NCBI RefSeq assembly: GCF_000283555.1
Contig: NC_016012.1
Location: forward strand, 1,260,001-1,292,000
Length of the DNA: 32,000 nucleotides
Direction of reading: 5' to 3'
DNA from: Candidatus Arthromitus sp. SFB-rat-Yit
GTDB taxonomy: Bacteria; Bacillota; Clostridia; Clostridiales; Clostridiaceae
Shown: piece by piece, positions 30,327 to 32,000 of the stretch
Layout: each line of letters starts with the position of its first letter
Position numbering within the stretch: the stretch's first letter is position 1
Translations under genes and position numbers: made by a program
Notes under the pieces: model-generated
What the model was told of the DNA's origin: nothing
The model's database searches: none
What the model saw: the letters and a program-made list of their open reading frames with translations, nothing else

Positions 30327-32000
30327 TCAAGCTAACCCCTCTTTAGGAGTTATATTTTGTTTATCCAAAATCACTTTATATAATTTATCATAATCTTCAT
30401 AAAACGCTACTATTAAATCACCTTGCTTAGCATTATCAATAGCTTCACTTAAAGCCTTCCCCTCATCAAGAATTATTTTAAAATTTTTATTATCCCCAAA
30501 ACCTTGACTAATGATATTTGCAACTTCACTTTCCTGTCTTCCACGTTTGTTACTATCTTCTTTTATATAAGAAAATTCCAAATGCTTAGAACAAAGTTTT
30601 CCAATTTCAAATCCAACGCTATCATTTCTATCCCCAGGTATCCCTATAACACCCGTAACTTTAGTATATCCCATATTTTTTATACTATTAAAAATAGCAT
30701 TAAACCCTTGAATATTGTGAGCATAGTCTAAAATAACCTTTACTCCCTTAATATCAAATTGATTAAATCTACCCTTATTGTGCTTATCATCACATTGAAA
30801 ACTCTTAAGACCTTTAGATATTATACAATAATCTATCTCAAGCCCGACTAGAGAGGCAGTTGCCGTAAGAACATTTTCTATATTATGTGTAAGTGCACCA
30901 TTAAAGGTAATTGGTATATCCTTTAAATCCGCAATGTGAAATATACGTCTATTCATCTCGACATAAATAGAATCATTCGATATGTATACTCCATAATTTC
31001 CTTTATCTAAATTTTCCCTTAAAAATTCATTATCCTTATCTTTTGAAAATACTATTAAATTACCCTTTGCTCTAGATGATATTTTCCTACACATTTCGTC
31101 ATCAGCATTTATTATAGAATATCCATCAGGTTTAACAGCTTCTATAACTAAAGATTTTACATGTGCTAGTTCTTCTAAGGTATTAACACCATCTATACCC
31201 AAATGATCTTCACTTATATTTGTAATTACTCCAACATCCGCTAGGTCATAAGCCAAACCATTTCTTATAATTCCCCCACGAGCAGTTTCTAATACTGCAA
31301 CATCAACATCTTTATTTAATAATATACTTCTTGCACTAAAAAAACCAGTCATATCTCCTTTAGCTATACACTGATCATTCAAAAAAACTCCACTAGTTGT
31401 AGTCATACCAACAGTGTATCCAAGACCCCTTAATGTATGGGACACAATTCTAGTTGTAGTTGTCTTACCATTAGTACCAGTTATTGCGATAACTGGTATA
31501 CTTTTAGGAGAATTTTTAAATAATGAAGAAACAATAACATTTGCTACATCCCTAGGTGTACCTTCACTTGGGTAATGATGCATCCTAATTCCCGGAGCAG
31601 CATTCACCTCAACTATAACTCCATTATCATATAAAGGTTTTGAAACATCCATGCAACAAAGATCTATACCACAAATATTAAGCCCTATTGCCTTAGCTGC
31701 TCTTATACAAATATCAATATTCTCTTTACAAATTTTATCTGTATAGTCTTCAGATGTTCCGCCCGTAGACAAATTTGAATTCTCTCTTAATACCAATTCC
31801 TTACCATCTTCTAAAATACTATCTAATTTATATCCACTCTTAGATATACAAAAAATCAACTCGTTGTCTATCTTAATTTTTGTAAGAGGTTTCTCATGCC
31901 CATCCCCCCTATTTACATCAGAATTTAAAACTTCTATTAAATCTTTAATAGTTGAAACCCCATCTCCTGTAACCATAGGTGGTTTCCTTTTAGATACTGC
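30327..32000 (-). CDS. cphA: Cyanophycin synthetase (ATP-grasp + Mur ligase domains), truncated at right edge
   Basis: MVTGDGVSTIKDLIEVLNSDVNRGDGHEKPLTKI; NLSTGGTSEDYTD; VEVNAAPGIRMHHYPSEGTPRDVA; ITGTNGKTTTTRIV; frame stays open past the window edge (AVSKRKPMVTGDG). Confidence 0.93.
   Translation of the reverse strand, partial: AVSKRKPPMVTGDGVSTIKDLIEVLNSDVNRGDGHEKPLTKIKIDNELIFCISKSGYKLDSILEDGKELVLRENSNLSTGGTSEDYTDKICKENIDICIRAAKAIGLNICGIDLCCMDVSKPLYDNGVIVEVNAAPGIRMHHYPSEGTPRDVANVIVSSLFKNSPKSIPVIAITGTNGKTTTTRIVSHTLRGLGYTVGMTTTSGVFLNDQCIAKGDMTGFFSARSILLNKDVDVAVLETARGGIIRNGLAYDLADVGVITNISEDHLGIDGVNTLEELAHVKSLVIEAVKPDGYSIINADDEMCRKISSRAKGNLIVFSKDKDNEFLRENLDKGNYGVYISNDSIYVEMNRRIFHIADLKDIPITFNGALTHNIENVLTATASLVGLEIDYCIISKGLKSFQCDDKHNKGRFNQFDIKGVKVILDYAHNIQGFNAIFNSIKNMGYTKVTGVIGIPGDRNDSVGFEIGKLCSKHLEFSYIKEDSNKRGRQESEVANIISQGFGDNKNFKIILDEGKALSEAIDNAKQGDLIVAFYEDYDKLYKVILDKQNITPKEGLA

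Overview
AT-rich chromosomal window from a spore-forming, Clostridia-like Firmicute. The compact, auxotroph-like gene content hints at segmented filamentous bacteria (Candidatus Arthromitus/Savagella), but that is inference. Almost everything is on the minus strand and is core genome: secA (5' end), hpf/raiA, a structured ncRNA that fits the raiA RNA class, comFC, a divergent ComFA-like ORF, recD2, nagA(+), metK, a 4-tRNA cluster (Thr-Tyr-Val-Thr), spoIIID, a spoIIQ-like gene, spoIID, murA, wecB/mnaA, tagO/wecA, upp, a YwlE-like phosphatase, a Sua5-type gene, prfA, a DUF1385(YqhQ)-PrmC fusion, tdk, rpmE(+), rho, pyrG, a UgtP/MGDG-synthase-like glycosyltransferase(+), spoIIR, a ger(A-B-C) operon preceded by a tiny two-TM gene, ispE, and cphA (truncated at the right edge). 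I found no phage, transposon, CRISPR or defence island. The best second-look items are: the raiA-type ncRNA; an unusual rho leader in which a perfect 11-bp hairpin separates the Shine-Dalgarno from the ATG and its 5' arm could alternatively pair with the first codons; degenerate ComFA-like and SpoIIQ-like proteins; apparent absence of the atp operon from its usual Clostridium location; terminators embedded in stop codons; and a candidate germinant-receptor D-subunit-like protein.
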